Assembly: GCA_965644295.1 (NCBI GenBank)
Contig: CBFFRP010000254.1
Location: forward strand, 40,000-103,999
Length of the DNA stretch: 64,000 nucleotides
Direction of reading: 5' to 3'
DNA from: Paraphysomonas bandaiensis
Taxonomy: Eukaryota; Protista; Chrysophyceae
Shown: positions 48,780 to 60,816 of the stretch, one piece after another
How positions within the stretch are numbered: the stretch's first letter is position 1
Layout of the letters: each line of letters opens with the position of its first letter
The notes under the pieces: model-generated
What the model was told of the DNA's origin: nothing
The model's input: the letters and a program-made list of their open reading frames with translations, nothing else
Database searches by the model: none
Position numbers and translations under genes: made by a program

Positions 48780-50997
48780 ATGTACACTGTTGGATGCAAT
48801 GTGTGTAAACAAGTTTTTGATTCAGGTCAGAGTTTGTCACGTCATGAAGATATTGCTTGCTATCGGAGAACTTTTTACCGAATAGAAAGCGAAAGACTTC
48901 AGCAGATAGTGGTCCTCAAAGCTACATCATTCGTGATGACGACAGTAGTGATGATGAGTACGAAGGAAATTCCCGCTTTGCATGTGTTAATTGTGAGTAT
49001 CCGCTGAGGGGTGGTGTTTTTTATAACCCACAGATTCATCTCAAGAGAGATGGACATACAATTGCTGAACGCTGTCGAAGTCTAAATAGTGGTCGGCTAT
49101 CAGACAAGGAAGAGAAGGCTACTCGAAAGTCACTCGATGATAAATGCATCATGCCCTTCGTGAACGCCTTTCATCATTCGTTTATGGGCTGCAACAACCA
49201 TTGTTTTAATAATCCTCAGGACTTGTTTCACCTATTTTGTGCTGGCATTGCAAAAAGTCTTGGTCTTTGGATTCTTACCATTGTTGATAGCACAAGCAAA
49301 ACTATGGACCCGACTTTCCACAACAGTAAGGGTGTGCTGGATGGTAGACTGATAATGATACCTCAAGTTCCGAATATGCCACATGTAAATTGGACAGTCT
49401 TCAAGAAAGGGCTAATGCACATTATCTCTACTAAAAGCAAGAAAGATAAAGGCCATTCCACTGGTTCTGGAGGATATCGATCAAGCGAATTCATTACGGC
49501 ACTTATACAGCTTTTATTTGCGGTAGGTTTTTAAAAATTCCACGGTTCGTATCACTTTCCATGAGTTAGATAGGCACAGATGGCCAAGTTTTACCAACAG
49601 CTACGAACTACGTATTTTGTTGCAAGAATACACGGCCCCGACGCGTTGGTAATTTGACAATGAAAGTTCTACAAGCAATTAAGGCGGTATTGAACGTCTA
49701 TTTTGAGTGTAAAAGATGCTGTTTCACGAACCCTGATATTCTACATGTGGAGCTTACATGCAATGATATGGTTGCAAAGGTTTTGCTAGTGTGGGACTTG
49801 AAGCAAACACTTCTTAACAACCAGCCATCATTTCCATTGATGCGAAAGCTTCATTCTGTTATGCATCTTTCATTTAACATTGCCATGTTTGGAGCCTTAT
49901 CAAAGGCAGATGCTGGCTCTTGGGAATCGAGCAATCGCTATTTTACAACCGATAACTGGCGACGCACAAGTAGGAGATATGCTTCCTCAAATGAGGAGAT
50001 GCTAAAATTATCTATCTGTCAAGATCATTCTCGAGTACTGGAGTTTATTGCTGCATGCCACACTCATGACAATGCGTATATAAATTCACTAAAGCCAGAA
50101 GTTCCACCTGAAGTTGTTTTAGTATATCCAATGTGTAATGTAAAGCATGCAACTCTATGCGTTGGTGCAAATGGCTACTTATTCGCATGTGAAGAAGAGA
50201 TAGAGTTGAATGATTTCATCGGGCACAAGGAATTAACAGTTTTTTCTCTAACAGATTTCTGTAGACGAGCTCTGGGTGAACAGAACTGGAACAGCCTATG
50301 TCGTGGTGATATATCTCTTAAGCTTATACAAGCTCTCACATACCACGCAAACGAAGAGAGTGGTATCGGCAAAGGAAGTCATCATGCAATGAAGAAGACG
50401 AGGCGGCGAAAACAACGATTTGATTTTATATTCATTCAACTGGAAAATGGAGACAATCAACTGGCCCAAATAGTATCAATGTTACAACTGACATTTGAAA
50501 ACGACATCAAGTATTTCTATATTGTTCAGTATATGGAACCGTGTGAAGTGAGTAGCCTTGCTTTTTTCCCCAAATACAGATGGGAAGTGCGTTACAATCG
50601 CCGACGCCAGCAGATATTTTGCCACGATATTATTGATTTTGAAAATATTCTTGACACAGCATTTATTATTCCAGATTTTGCTCATGATGTAATTGCTGGA
50701 GAGCCGAATACAATAGATAGATTCTGGTATATTCCGAGGAAATTCTTTGACCGTTGTGGGTGGAATGATTTGGAAAATGCTGACTATAATCAGACCGAAG
50801 ATATGGAGGTATATATGAACAGGAATGGCTCTGGTGCAATAGAAATGCAGCGCAATATTATCCAAGAAAATAACCATGCTGCAAATAACATGATCGATTC
50901 TGACACTGATGACTCCTTACTTTCAGAAAACGAAAGTACAAGGAGTAGTAGTATATCTAGTGCCAGTGGCTCTGATAGTGAAGGTGACGGTATGTAA
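48780..50997 (+). pseudogene. Plavaka/CMC-type transposase, frameshifted and probably internally deleted
   Basis: N-terminal C2H2-like CNVCKQVF...LSRH; frameshift near 48860; PQDLFHLFCAGIAK; intron ~49523-49569; KLHSVMHLSFNIAMFG...GSWESSN; C-terminal RFDFIFI...AQI...IVQYM. Confidence 0.7.
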
Positions 50998-51144
50998 TTC
51001 TATAATTTATATTCCCCTGCTTATTTAAGTGACGTGAATAGTCATTATTCACAACTATAGTACAACTTACTGGTAATGGAATTGATTGCTAGCCATATAG
51101 GCACAATGCTTTATCCGTCCTAGGTAGATAGGCTATACTTCTTA

Positions 51145-51838
51145 TAGGTAATGTGGGCTAGCACCTATAGGTAGATGACAACTAAGCTATAGGTATTACC
51201 TACGGCTGAGGTACCTATACGTATGATGTTATGGTTCCTATAGGGAATGTGGGCTAGCACCTATAGGTAGATGACAATTAACCTATAGGTAATGCCTGCG
51301 ACAGAGGTACCTATAGGTATGATGTTATGGTACCTATAGGTAATACCTACGGCTGAGGTACCTATACGTATGATGTTATGGTTCCTATAGGGAATGTGCG
51401 CTAGCACCTATAGGGAGATGACAATTAACCTATAGGTAATGCCTAGGGCCGAGATACCTATAGGTAGATGACAACTAACCTATAGGTAATACCTAGGGCT
51501 GAGACACCTATAGGTAATGTGGGCTAGCACCTATAGGTAGATGACAATTAACCTATAGGTATTACCTACGTCTGAGGTACCTATAGGTATGGTGTTATGG
51601 TCCCTATAGGGAATGTGGGCTAGCACCTATAGGTAGATGACAATTAACCTATAGGTATTACCTACGGTCGAGGTACCTATAGGTATGATTTTATGGTACC
51701 TATAGGTGGTGAGACATAGGCACCTACCTATAGGTAGGGTCGCTAGGAATACCTACAGGTAGGTACCTAATAGGTATGTACCTAATAGGTATGCATGAAC
51801 TACCTATAGGAAGTTCGAAGTACCTATAGGTACCTAAT
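51145..51838. repeat. Right subterminal array of palindromic ACCTATAGGT motifs
   Basis: More than 20 CCTATAGG copies by eye, in ~95-bp higher-order units starting GTGGGCTAGCACCTATAGG (~51154, 51248, 51396, 51519, 51615). Confidence 0.95.
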
Positions 51839-52031
51839 ATAGCCCACCGATGACTTTTCCTGAATTCATGTAACGCTAATGCCTTTCGGTCCAACAAATC
51901 ACATGGTGTACTCTATATTCAATAGATTCTGAATAGAGATATTGAAAGACAGGTCAGCTTCTGGAACATTGTGTCGAGGAGTTAGAGTGCACCTGCAAGC
52001 AACATAACAAACTGTAAATAAATATGATTGC

Positions 52032-52753
52032 GGTTGTACTTCGAATGCAGTGGTACCCTAACCAAAATGTACTACTTCGACTGTGTTTACTGTCTACGCA
52101 CACTTTCTTCATTATAGGGAAAAAATCGCAACAAAAAAGTTACTGTTCTTCTGTGCGGGTGAATCATCTGCTTCGTAAAGAAATATTTACATCCATCCAC
52201 AATTAAAGTTGAGATGAAATCCCATTGAAATTAAAAGCCCTACTGCTAGCCATACTAAGAAGAGCACCCTCTCATAGACGAAGACATTGTCCTTCCCGCT
52301 AACCTGTAATTACTATGACAGTGTACGCATAAGGTGGATGAAGTAGTTGTTAGTTTCCAAATATGGTGCCGCTGAAAAGCAGCTAAGAGTAATCCCCGTT
52401 GAGTTCACGCATATGCGTGGGAGGTATAACTTTGTTTTGATAAATAGGCCCAATTCACCAGTAAGCTCCAGAGTACTACTCCTTCTTCGCATCCAGCATC
52501 ATCGGGGTGCATTCCATTTCTGGATGGCACTTTCTGCCTGAATATCCGGGGAATTTCCCCAAGCCGTCAGTAACTATATCGAATGTGCATTTTTATGCAG
52601 TCATTCCGTTTGGCTCGAAACCTCCCTTCAGCTTACTCTTCCTGTACTGCAAAACAGCACAGTTGCGACACTGATCAACCTCCAATTCCAAATCACAATC
52701 AAGCGATTATTCTGCGCCATTTATATACAGAGATGGTATCTTCAATGGACACA
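52032..52753 (+). repeat. Left arm of ~720-bp inverted repeat (partner 55767-56509)
   Basis: Reverse-complement match; an identical 64-aa ORF occurs at 52347-52541(+) and 55990-56184(-). Confidence 0.95.
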
Positions 52754-53723
52754 TCAGCCGTTTAGGACAGCACCTCAGAAAAGGAGTTTTCTATTGATAT
52801 TACACAAAAAGTCTATTTTTTAGTAAGATTTTCATAATTTCCACATCGCAGGTGCTTGTGTACAGTATGATTTGTTCTTGCTTCGTATTGCTACCACGAA
52901 CTAGCTATTCTTGCAGAGCGTAAGATCTAGCTAGAGATTCTATATCTTCGGAGGCAGATCGAATGGGTACTACAATATATACTGTAGGAGTGGCTTCTAA
53001 AAGAATTGCAGAAATCAAACAACCACCCGAGGGCATGATCCTGCGATGACACCCCAGTGTGTGCAGGGATGGTGAAGTTAGAATTTGGGGTTGTAGCGGA
53101 GGAGTCTGATCCCGGGTGTGACGAACTAGGTGCAGTCCTTCTCGTCACGTCTAGTAGGTAGAGGACCCGCGATTTCGTAATGGTGCCTGTCTAGAATCTT
53201 TCGACCTGCGGCAGGGGTGTTGTATATTTACTTTGTACGTAATATGTAGTATACAATATATTGTTCCCTATCCCCGGTATAATATATATTGTTCTCTAGC
53301 CGTGAGGTACATGGCATGTGTGTATAATGCAGGCTTGCATAACAATTATTTTGGTTTTAAAAGTGATGATTAGAATTATTATTGGTAAATGATGTGTTTA
53401 GAAACTCTAACCTACATACGAACAGTGAACACTATATACTGAAATCAGAAATGAACTATACTTGCAAAGGATATGCTAGTTAGTAGTACTAAAAACCTTC
53501 GACGGGTCGATGATTTCTGTAAAAATCAAGGCATAAATCTAAGTATGTAAACTTTCATTGAGACCATATTACACTGATATTGGCAGTATAAGAAAGAAAT
53601 ACCACCATCTCCATAACATTACACGTAATCAGCAAACTACACGTAAGAAGTATGTATGTTAAAACAGACACCTCAAGTGCGATGACGTAGTCACAAATAT
53701 ATCAAGTCAAAACGACAAGCAAA

Positions 53724-55494
53724 CTACATGATAGAACATGAACTCCCTGAATATCTATTCCTAAGCTTCGTGAGTCGAATCCATCGCTGCATTCGTCGAG
53801 TCATCGGACACCAAACAAGAGGAGCAGATGCAGTTGCATTTGACACCATATGATAAAATGAGCTCCAGTTGCTGACAGGATGTGGCAATTCAGACCTCTC
53901 CAAATCAATAGACAGGCTACATAAACATATATTAATGACATTCAACTGTGGTACTCCATGAAAATATCCTACACATCAACCACAATAATAATCGCATGCG
54001 TAGTCACAGTAATATGGGAGCAGTGATATCAAATGGCAATTTTACAACTATTGTATACTTACACCATGGCACACACAACTCTCATCTGATCAGGAGTGAG
54101 CTTAGCTTCGTCAATGAGATCCATCTCCCGAATATGTACTCCCCATTCACGCAGGCGGTGAAGTGGCTCACCATACGTTAGCCAGTTGTTCTGTACATCA
54201 CATAAGTATATAAACACGCCACAAGCGTATACAATAAGACAATCGCTACATACCTCTTGCGTAACTTCTGCAGCCTCACCAAACAAATCGTCAAGAACGT
54301 CCATATCGAGTTCTAATTGACCATCGATGTTATTCCAGTATTCCACAACTTTATCATCGTCCGTGCAGAGACGTACAACTACCCAAACAGGGAGATCCTA
54401 ACAGGCAAAAACATTCATAAGTAATATACAAATACACTCGATACAATAACTTCTTTGCGTAGAATATTTTCAGCTATCCCATGTACTATATGCTCACAGA
54501 GTAGTTTTTATGCCATACTTATACATCATAATACCTGAAGGGGACGCATGGCAGCGGCAATATCTCCGTCACTTGACTCTCCATCTGTGGCAACAACTAC
54601 AACAGCCTTCTGAGCATTTGCCCGGAGTTGTTGAGCCATTGGAGTAATCTGTGCTACTACCTCGCGGATGTGGCGGCATAACGGAGTCCCGCCTCCAGGT
54701 GGCTGACACAAGAACATGTTATTACAACATATGTAACGCAAGGCTGCTTACACCAAATTCTCACATTACATTCATTTTGTACCCACACATCAACAAAGTA
54801 CTATATTGTACACATAATTTATAATATCCTACCTGGTCGAATATCGTGTTCAACAACTGAAGACTCTCACCACCGTCATTACCACGACCGACAACTATTG
54901 GAGGTGCACCATTGAGTAGCCTGAACTCTGTTGGAGCCTGAGCAATATCCGCAAGCTGGGCATGGAACTTTAGTGCATCTGTTAACTCCTTCCACCTCGA
55001 GCACTCTACAGCACTGTAATAATAAACATCAAACACGATAAGAAAAACATAGCACAACCACTCACACATAACTCCCTTTGCTCTGAACTAAACGATGGCC
55101 ATCACCTTGAATCATTGACCCTAAACAGCGACTTGTTAGTAGACCAACCCTTCAAACTGATCAGGACATGCACATTACCTGAATCATCAACGATAAAATA
55201 TCGGATGGGAAACTTGCTGCAGCTGTTTATGAGTGAGTTCTGCAGACCAGCCGGCCACCCATGCTGAGATAAGTACTGCCTTGTCGCCGTGTAATCATGC
55301 TGCGGAACCTCTTGTCGAAATGAATTCTGACTGCCGAATGAACTCTGTTGATTGAATGAGTGCTGCTCATGAAATGTCTGTTGAGGTCCCTGATGATAGT
55401 CTCCTGGGCCTGGTGCATTTGGGGGAGGAGGGGGCGCGGTGGACTCCCATTCCACTCCTACTACTTGCGCAACTGGTACATTATCATTATACAT
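53724..55494 (-). CDS. vWA-domain protein with Pro/Gln-rich N-terminus and C-terminal CaaX (CSIM), ~8 exons
   Basis: MIDAS-like [47 protein letters not shown] and LHRLREWG; ends SSCSIM*. Confidence 0.85.
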
Positions 55495-55766
55495 GATCGT
55501 CTCTTTACTCTGTAGAATGAAGTTCACGTCAATATATGATATTTATGGGTCACTTGATAAATCGCTCGGAAACACATATACAGGATGTAGATATACTGTA
55601 CATATACTATACCAGGTACAGAGTACAATACCCGTGTGTTCTGTTTGCTCCACAAACCTTTCTGCGAAAAAACAATACCCATATCTAGATATCCCGAAAC
55701 TTGATATTATCATTCTTCAAATATAGAAAAATATGGTTTTTATAAAAAACGAAAATATGTTCTTAC

Positions 55767-56509
55767 TGTGTCCATTGAAGATACCATCTCTGTTTATAAA
55801 TGGCGCAGAACAATGCACCTCATTTCGCTTGCTTGTGATTTGGAATTGGAGGTTGATCAGTGCCGCAACTGTGCTGTTTTGCAGTACAGGAAGAGTAAGC
55901 TGAAGGGAGGTTTCGAGCCAAACGGAATGACTGCATAAAAATGCACATTCGATATAGTTACTGACGGCTTGGGGAAATTCCCCGGATATTCAGGCAGAAA
56001 GTGCCATCCAGAAATGGAATGCACCCCGATGATGCTGGATGCGAAGAAGGAGTAGTACTCTGGAGCTTACTGGTGAATTGGGCCTATTTATCAAAACAAA
56101 GTTATACCTCCCACGCATATGCGTGAACTCAACGGGGATTACTCTTAGCTGCTTTTCAGCGGCACCATATTTGGAAACTAACAACTACTTCATCCACCTT
56201 ATGCGTACACTGTCATAGTGATTACAGGTTAGCGGGAAGGACAATGTTTTAGTCTATGAGAGGGTGCTCTTCTTAGTATAGCTAGCAGTAGCGTTTTTAA
56301 TTTCAATTGTGGATGGATTTAAATAGTTCTTTACGAAGCAGATGATTCACCCGCACAGAAGAACAATAACTTTATCGTTCATTCAGGTAGTAGTTGCGAT
56401 GTTTGCCCTATCATGAAGAACATATAATGGAAAGTGTGCGTAGACAGTAAACCCAGTCGAAGTAGTACATTTAAGATATTCATGGCTACACTGCTTTCGA
56501 AGTACAACC
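55767..56509 (-). repeat. Right arm of ~720-bp inverted repeat
   Basis: Reverse complement of 52032-52753; near-identical inner part, indels in the outer part. Confidence 0.95.
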
Positions 56510-57612
56510 CCGCCCCATATTGACAGCGTAACTAATCACTGCGTGCGGCCCCCCCAGTGGGTGCTGCTGAGTGTTGCGACCGCGCACTTCTATCTATGTA
56601 CACATTGCTCAGTTCAGCACTACCCCACCCGGGGTCTCACTGCATATTCAGCGCTGAATACCGTGTCATAATGATGTAGCTAGTTGGGTTCAGTAGGTAG
56701 CTAGCAAGTAACGTATGGGACTTAAATCAAGTATTAGTTAGGTACCCACCCGGCCCCCACCCGGCTCTACCTAAGTACGCGCTCAGAATGGGGCACCCCC
56801 CACCCGTATTCCTAAATACAACTGTAGTACAGTATTCCCATGTGTGATCAACTCGGTCACGGTGGCAAAGGAGAGTGTTCCACATAACTCACTTGACCTT
56901 AACTTTTTTTTCTGACCCGAAGTCACCGTGGTCCAGGTCGTGCATACATCATCATTGTTGACTAGTGTAGCAATCTTGGGTGTAGTGGAGATGGTGGAAT
57001 ATAAGGTTGTTGTGATATGAGGGCCAAGATGAAGTAGTATAGGTAGCAACATGAGATAATTAAGACAAGAGGTAGAAGATGATTAAGACAAGGTCAGGAG
57101 ATACGAGTATTAAGGCCAGATACAGGGTTGGAGTGTACCGGGACTATCCGTACATACGGACGTAACGGACGTTTATGGTAGCTCGTACAGTATTATGGTA
57201 GTATAAGTACTATGTAGACGTTGTATGAGGCAATATGGAGTAGATAGTAGGACAACAAGAGGTTGCTGCAGGGATATTTCTGGAACGTATTGGCATCCTT
57301 TGTATATTTTTGTTCAAGGATGCCTCTAATATTGAGACTACAATTATGTGTATTCCAGCCGTAGTAGTATCGCAGTAATATAGAAGATTTCTGCCTCGAT
57401 TTATTTCCGAAAAATAAGATGCTGACTGCCTATACGAAGTAGAAACTAGCTATTTATGGCTAAAAACCCATCTCTAGAACAGCTATGGAAAAATAGGCTA
57501 AGTTATACGAGTTTTTAGATAGGACAGAATTATAAGGTAAAAGGATATAATAAGCACAGTTAAGTGTTAGTGAAATTAAGCGCTATCTATCTGCCTACTG
57601 TCCATTGCGCGC

Positions 57613-59258
57613 ATGGATAAAGAAGGTATGTCCTCTGAAACCCGTATGGATGACACTCAATCATCCGACGTCGCCACACTTGGTGGACAACGTGGGCTAG
57701 GTAACGTGGTTGAGGGTGGCCAACTCAGCCATGATCCACCCAGCACACTATTGTTGGCACAGTCCCAGATTGAGATACCATCCGATGAGAGGGACATAAA
57801 TCTTTACTATGGGGAGGAAAAGGAGCCAGAGTCCAAGGAGGAGCCTCGAATCCAAGTGCAGGAGGACCGATGGGGCCATGAGGAGACTGAAAAGTTGTAC
57901 AGTTGGCCCTGGAGGACAAGGGAACAGGGGGAAGAGAGGCGTGGACCTAGGTTGATGAGCAAAGACCTGGAGATGGGGGGAGATAGTAGTGGCGAAGATG
58001 ATGAAAGCTCAGGAAGGAGTGCAGTGATAAGGAGAATAGAACACGATAAAGAGGGCGGTAGAGGACCGGTGGAGTACTCTAGACACCAGATGAAAGAGGC
58101 AGAGAGAAAGATGAATAAAGTGAAGGACCCGTTAAGAGGTCAGGATAAAAGATATATGGATAAAGGGGAAGAAGACCTGATGAAGTTTATAAGCAGTAAG
58201 GAGACTGTTGTGGAAGATGAAAGAGAGATTGAAGACGAAATGATGGTACCGGATTGGGTGATGGAGCAGCAGGAGCTGCCCGAAGTGCTATTATAAGGAA
58301 AAGAAGATGGTGGAAGCAGAGCAGAGGAAGATTGTGGAAATAGAGCCGAGAAGAGTTGTGGACGGAGAGCAGAGAAAAGCTGTGAAGTATCAAACTATGA
58401 TGTGGGAGTCGTGGAGCATGAGGACGAGAGAACTCATGAGGAGAGCTGACTTAGAGCACTTGATGGGGCTTGGTGAAGTGAGGAGAGGCTTAGAGGTGGA
58501 GTGTGAGAAAGCGCGAAAGAGTATGGGACAGCTGGTGATGATGAAAAGGATAGGAGAGAGAAAACAACAAGTTGAGGATATGATGGAGGCGCTTTCGGCA
58601 GCCATGAAGGAACTAAAGGAGAGAACAGTGGATTGGAATAGAGGAGCAAGGAGAGGAGAGCTATGAGCCGAGGAGGTCAGAGTATGGTACAGTAGTTGAA
58701 AGATATGAACCTATGAGAAAGAGCACTAAGGAGGAGAGATACGAGGAGAAGACGCCAGTGAGAGATATGGATAAGAGTGGATTCGATTATGGAAGGATGA
58801 GTGCACCATACGGTAGTAAGGGGTTGAGTGGCGCCAATATGATATCAGCGATGCGGAATATGCCCTTGGAGGAGATCAAGGCTTGCGGATATAAGGAGTT
58901 CTGCAGATGGTGTTGCACAACAGGACAAGAATATCGGAAGATGCTGGATAAAGAGCTAGAGGAGAAATGTCAGAGTTTCCTACGTTCGAGAAATGTGGCA
59001 CAGCATGTATTTGACCTGCTAAAAAAGATACCAATACCAAGGTGGTTGAGGGTAGAGAAGGAGAGGAGGCTAGGATTTGAACCCATAGATTTCGACACCC
59101 TAGGGCGGACTACAGGCATAGGAAGGAGAGTCGATTGTGTGCAATTCTTCAATACCCTGTATGCAGCGGCTCACACAGCAAACCTGTCTCCTATAAGTCG
59201 GAGGAAGGCGATGACCAGGTCAAATGGTCAAAACCAGGTCAAATATGCTATTAGCTAA
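57613..59258 (+). pseudogene. Broken, highly charged ORF; possibly a retroelement gag/ORF1 relic
   Basis: Three consecutive purine-rich, intronless ORFs (227, 119, 181 aa) separated by 10-46 bp, rich in E/R/K/M; no diagnostic motif. Confidence 0.4.
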
Positions 59259-59479
59259 AAGTTTGTATTTTATGTGTCTAGATTCTTTCTAACATGTTTG
59301 TAGCTTGTTTCTACTGCTCAAAACATTATATTTGTTCATTATTTACAAAATAAAATTAGCGATAAAAGCATTATAATTACCATATATAAAACTATTAACT
59401 ATAGAATATATATTATACATAATATAACAATATTCAACAGTTAAGTCATAACATATATAGTTAATAATGCGCTTCAGAA

Positions 59480-60470
59480 TTACTCAAACATACGAGCAGT
59501 ACAACTAATCCAAGATACAAACATGATTACATAGGCTGATACTGTGGGGGATACTGGAGGGGATGATACCACGTGTTGCTGTGACTGCATACTCAAGATG
59601 AAAGCCTCATACGTCTGAACCTGCAGCTCAGCTTCATTCCAGCGTGAAGTACATTTACCTTGATTAAGCAGAGCTTGCGCTTGCATGTATTGCAAAAGAG
59701 AGGAAAGGGTAGAAGAGCAGGGCCCAAGTGTCATTTGTTATACCGTTGGCTGCATGTGAGGAGTGCATGTGGGTGTCACAGGTGGATACCCGCCAGTGAA
59801 GTGTTGAGAAGGGGTCCCAACAACTTGAGGTACGTCTACCTTGATTAAGCAGAGCTTGTGCCCACATATACTGCAAAGGAGAGCAGGGTATAGATGAGGG
59901 TGGCCCAATTGTCATGTGTTGGTCCGCTGGTTGCACTTGGCCCGAAGGTAGCATAATATTATATATTCCTTCCCAGATTTGAAATTCCTAGTGCGGACCA
60001 TTGATAAGTGAACGACCTTGTTGGTGCTTTTATTAACCTTAGCCCGAGGACAAAATAGTTGAAGAGTGTAGAAATGGATACCATGACCTCGAGGTTAAAA
60101 CAAAAAGTCTCAGTGTGGTACCATGAACTTCTTCCGAACGTAACAGTGGCTCCTCCCTGAGTACTTGATGAAGAAGGAAGATTCAGAGGTCATATAATCA
60201 TCCAAGAACTTAAATCCCCTGCTGGTTGTTGGTCTCACTTCCTTCTTTGTGTCCGCTTTCTTGTTCATATTATGGTTGTTGATAACGACTCGTCGCCTGT
60301 GTGAAATTAAGATCATTTGTTTGATTTCACTCACTGCACGACTCACCATCTTCTGCTGTTTCTGTTTTATCATCATCAAATTCATCAAGGAATGCTGTAG
60401 CTGCATCCATAGCACACTGGGAGCTCATCGAGGAGCGTACCCCTCTATCCGATGACAGAAACATTAAGAA
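59480..60470 (-). pseudogene. Degenerate transposase-like C-terminus with duplicated Cys-rich motif
   Basis: Minus strand reads LCSICGHKLCLIK and FCNTCKRKLCLIK 181 bp apart, resembling the piggyBac Cys-rich tail; many stops. Confidence 0.3.
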
Positions 60471-60816
60471 GTGCTACAGACAGGACCCGCCGGCTCTTCC
60501 TGAGAGCCACCACTGGAGTACATATCTAGAGTGTTGGAATATGAATCCAAGTCATCCATTACTTTAACATGTATGCTGTATATATGTGTCTATATGTGTA
60601 TATGTTTGTATGTGTATGTGTGTGATATCACTGAGAGGAGTGGATTTGATGACAAAGATATAATTAAATGAGATTTTTCATTCTCAGAAATTTACTATCT
60701 TTTTTAACATATCATTAGCCATTTCTTTTTTACTCTTATACAAAACCCTATGAAACCTTGAATTCTAATTTAAATATAGAATATAATAATGTAATGTTAT
60801 ATTATATATACAGTAG

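Larger units (their letters stand above)
46311..51852 (+). mobile_element. Plavaka/CMC (CACTA-related) DNA transposon, 5542 bp
   Basis: TIRs CATCGGTGG (46311-46319) and CCACCGATG (51844-51852); AC immediately outside both ends (2-bp TSD); subterminal repeat arrays; transposase-like ORFs inside. Confidence 0.8.

Noticed and set aside
46332-51838. CRISPR-like or guide-RNA array reading of the palindromic repeats
   Set aside because: Linkers are short, irregular and themselves repeated rather than unique. No cas-like gene is present, and the arrays sit just inside transposon TIRs in eukaryotic DNA.
52347-52541. 64-aa ORF present identically twice (also 55990-56184)
   Set aside because: Non-ATG start and no domain; identity follows from the DNA inverted repeat.
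52925-53345. Possible 5' fragment of a retroelement (73-aa minus-strand ORF)
   Set aside because: Too short, and no LTR, PBS or domain could be confirmed.
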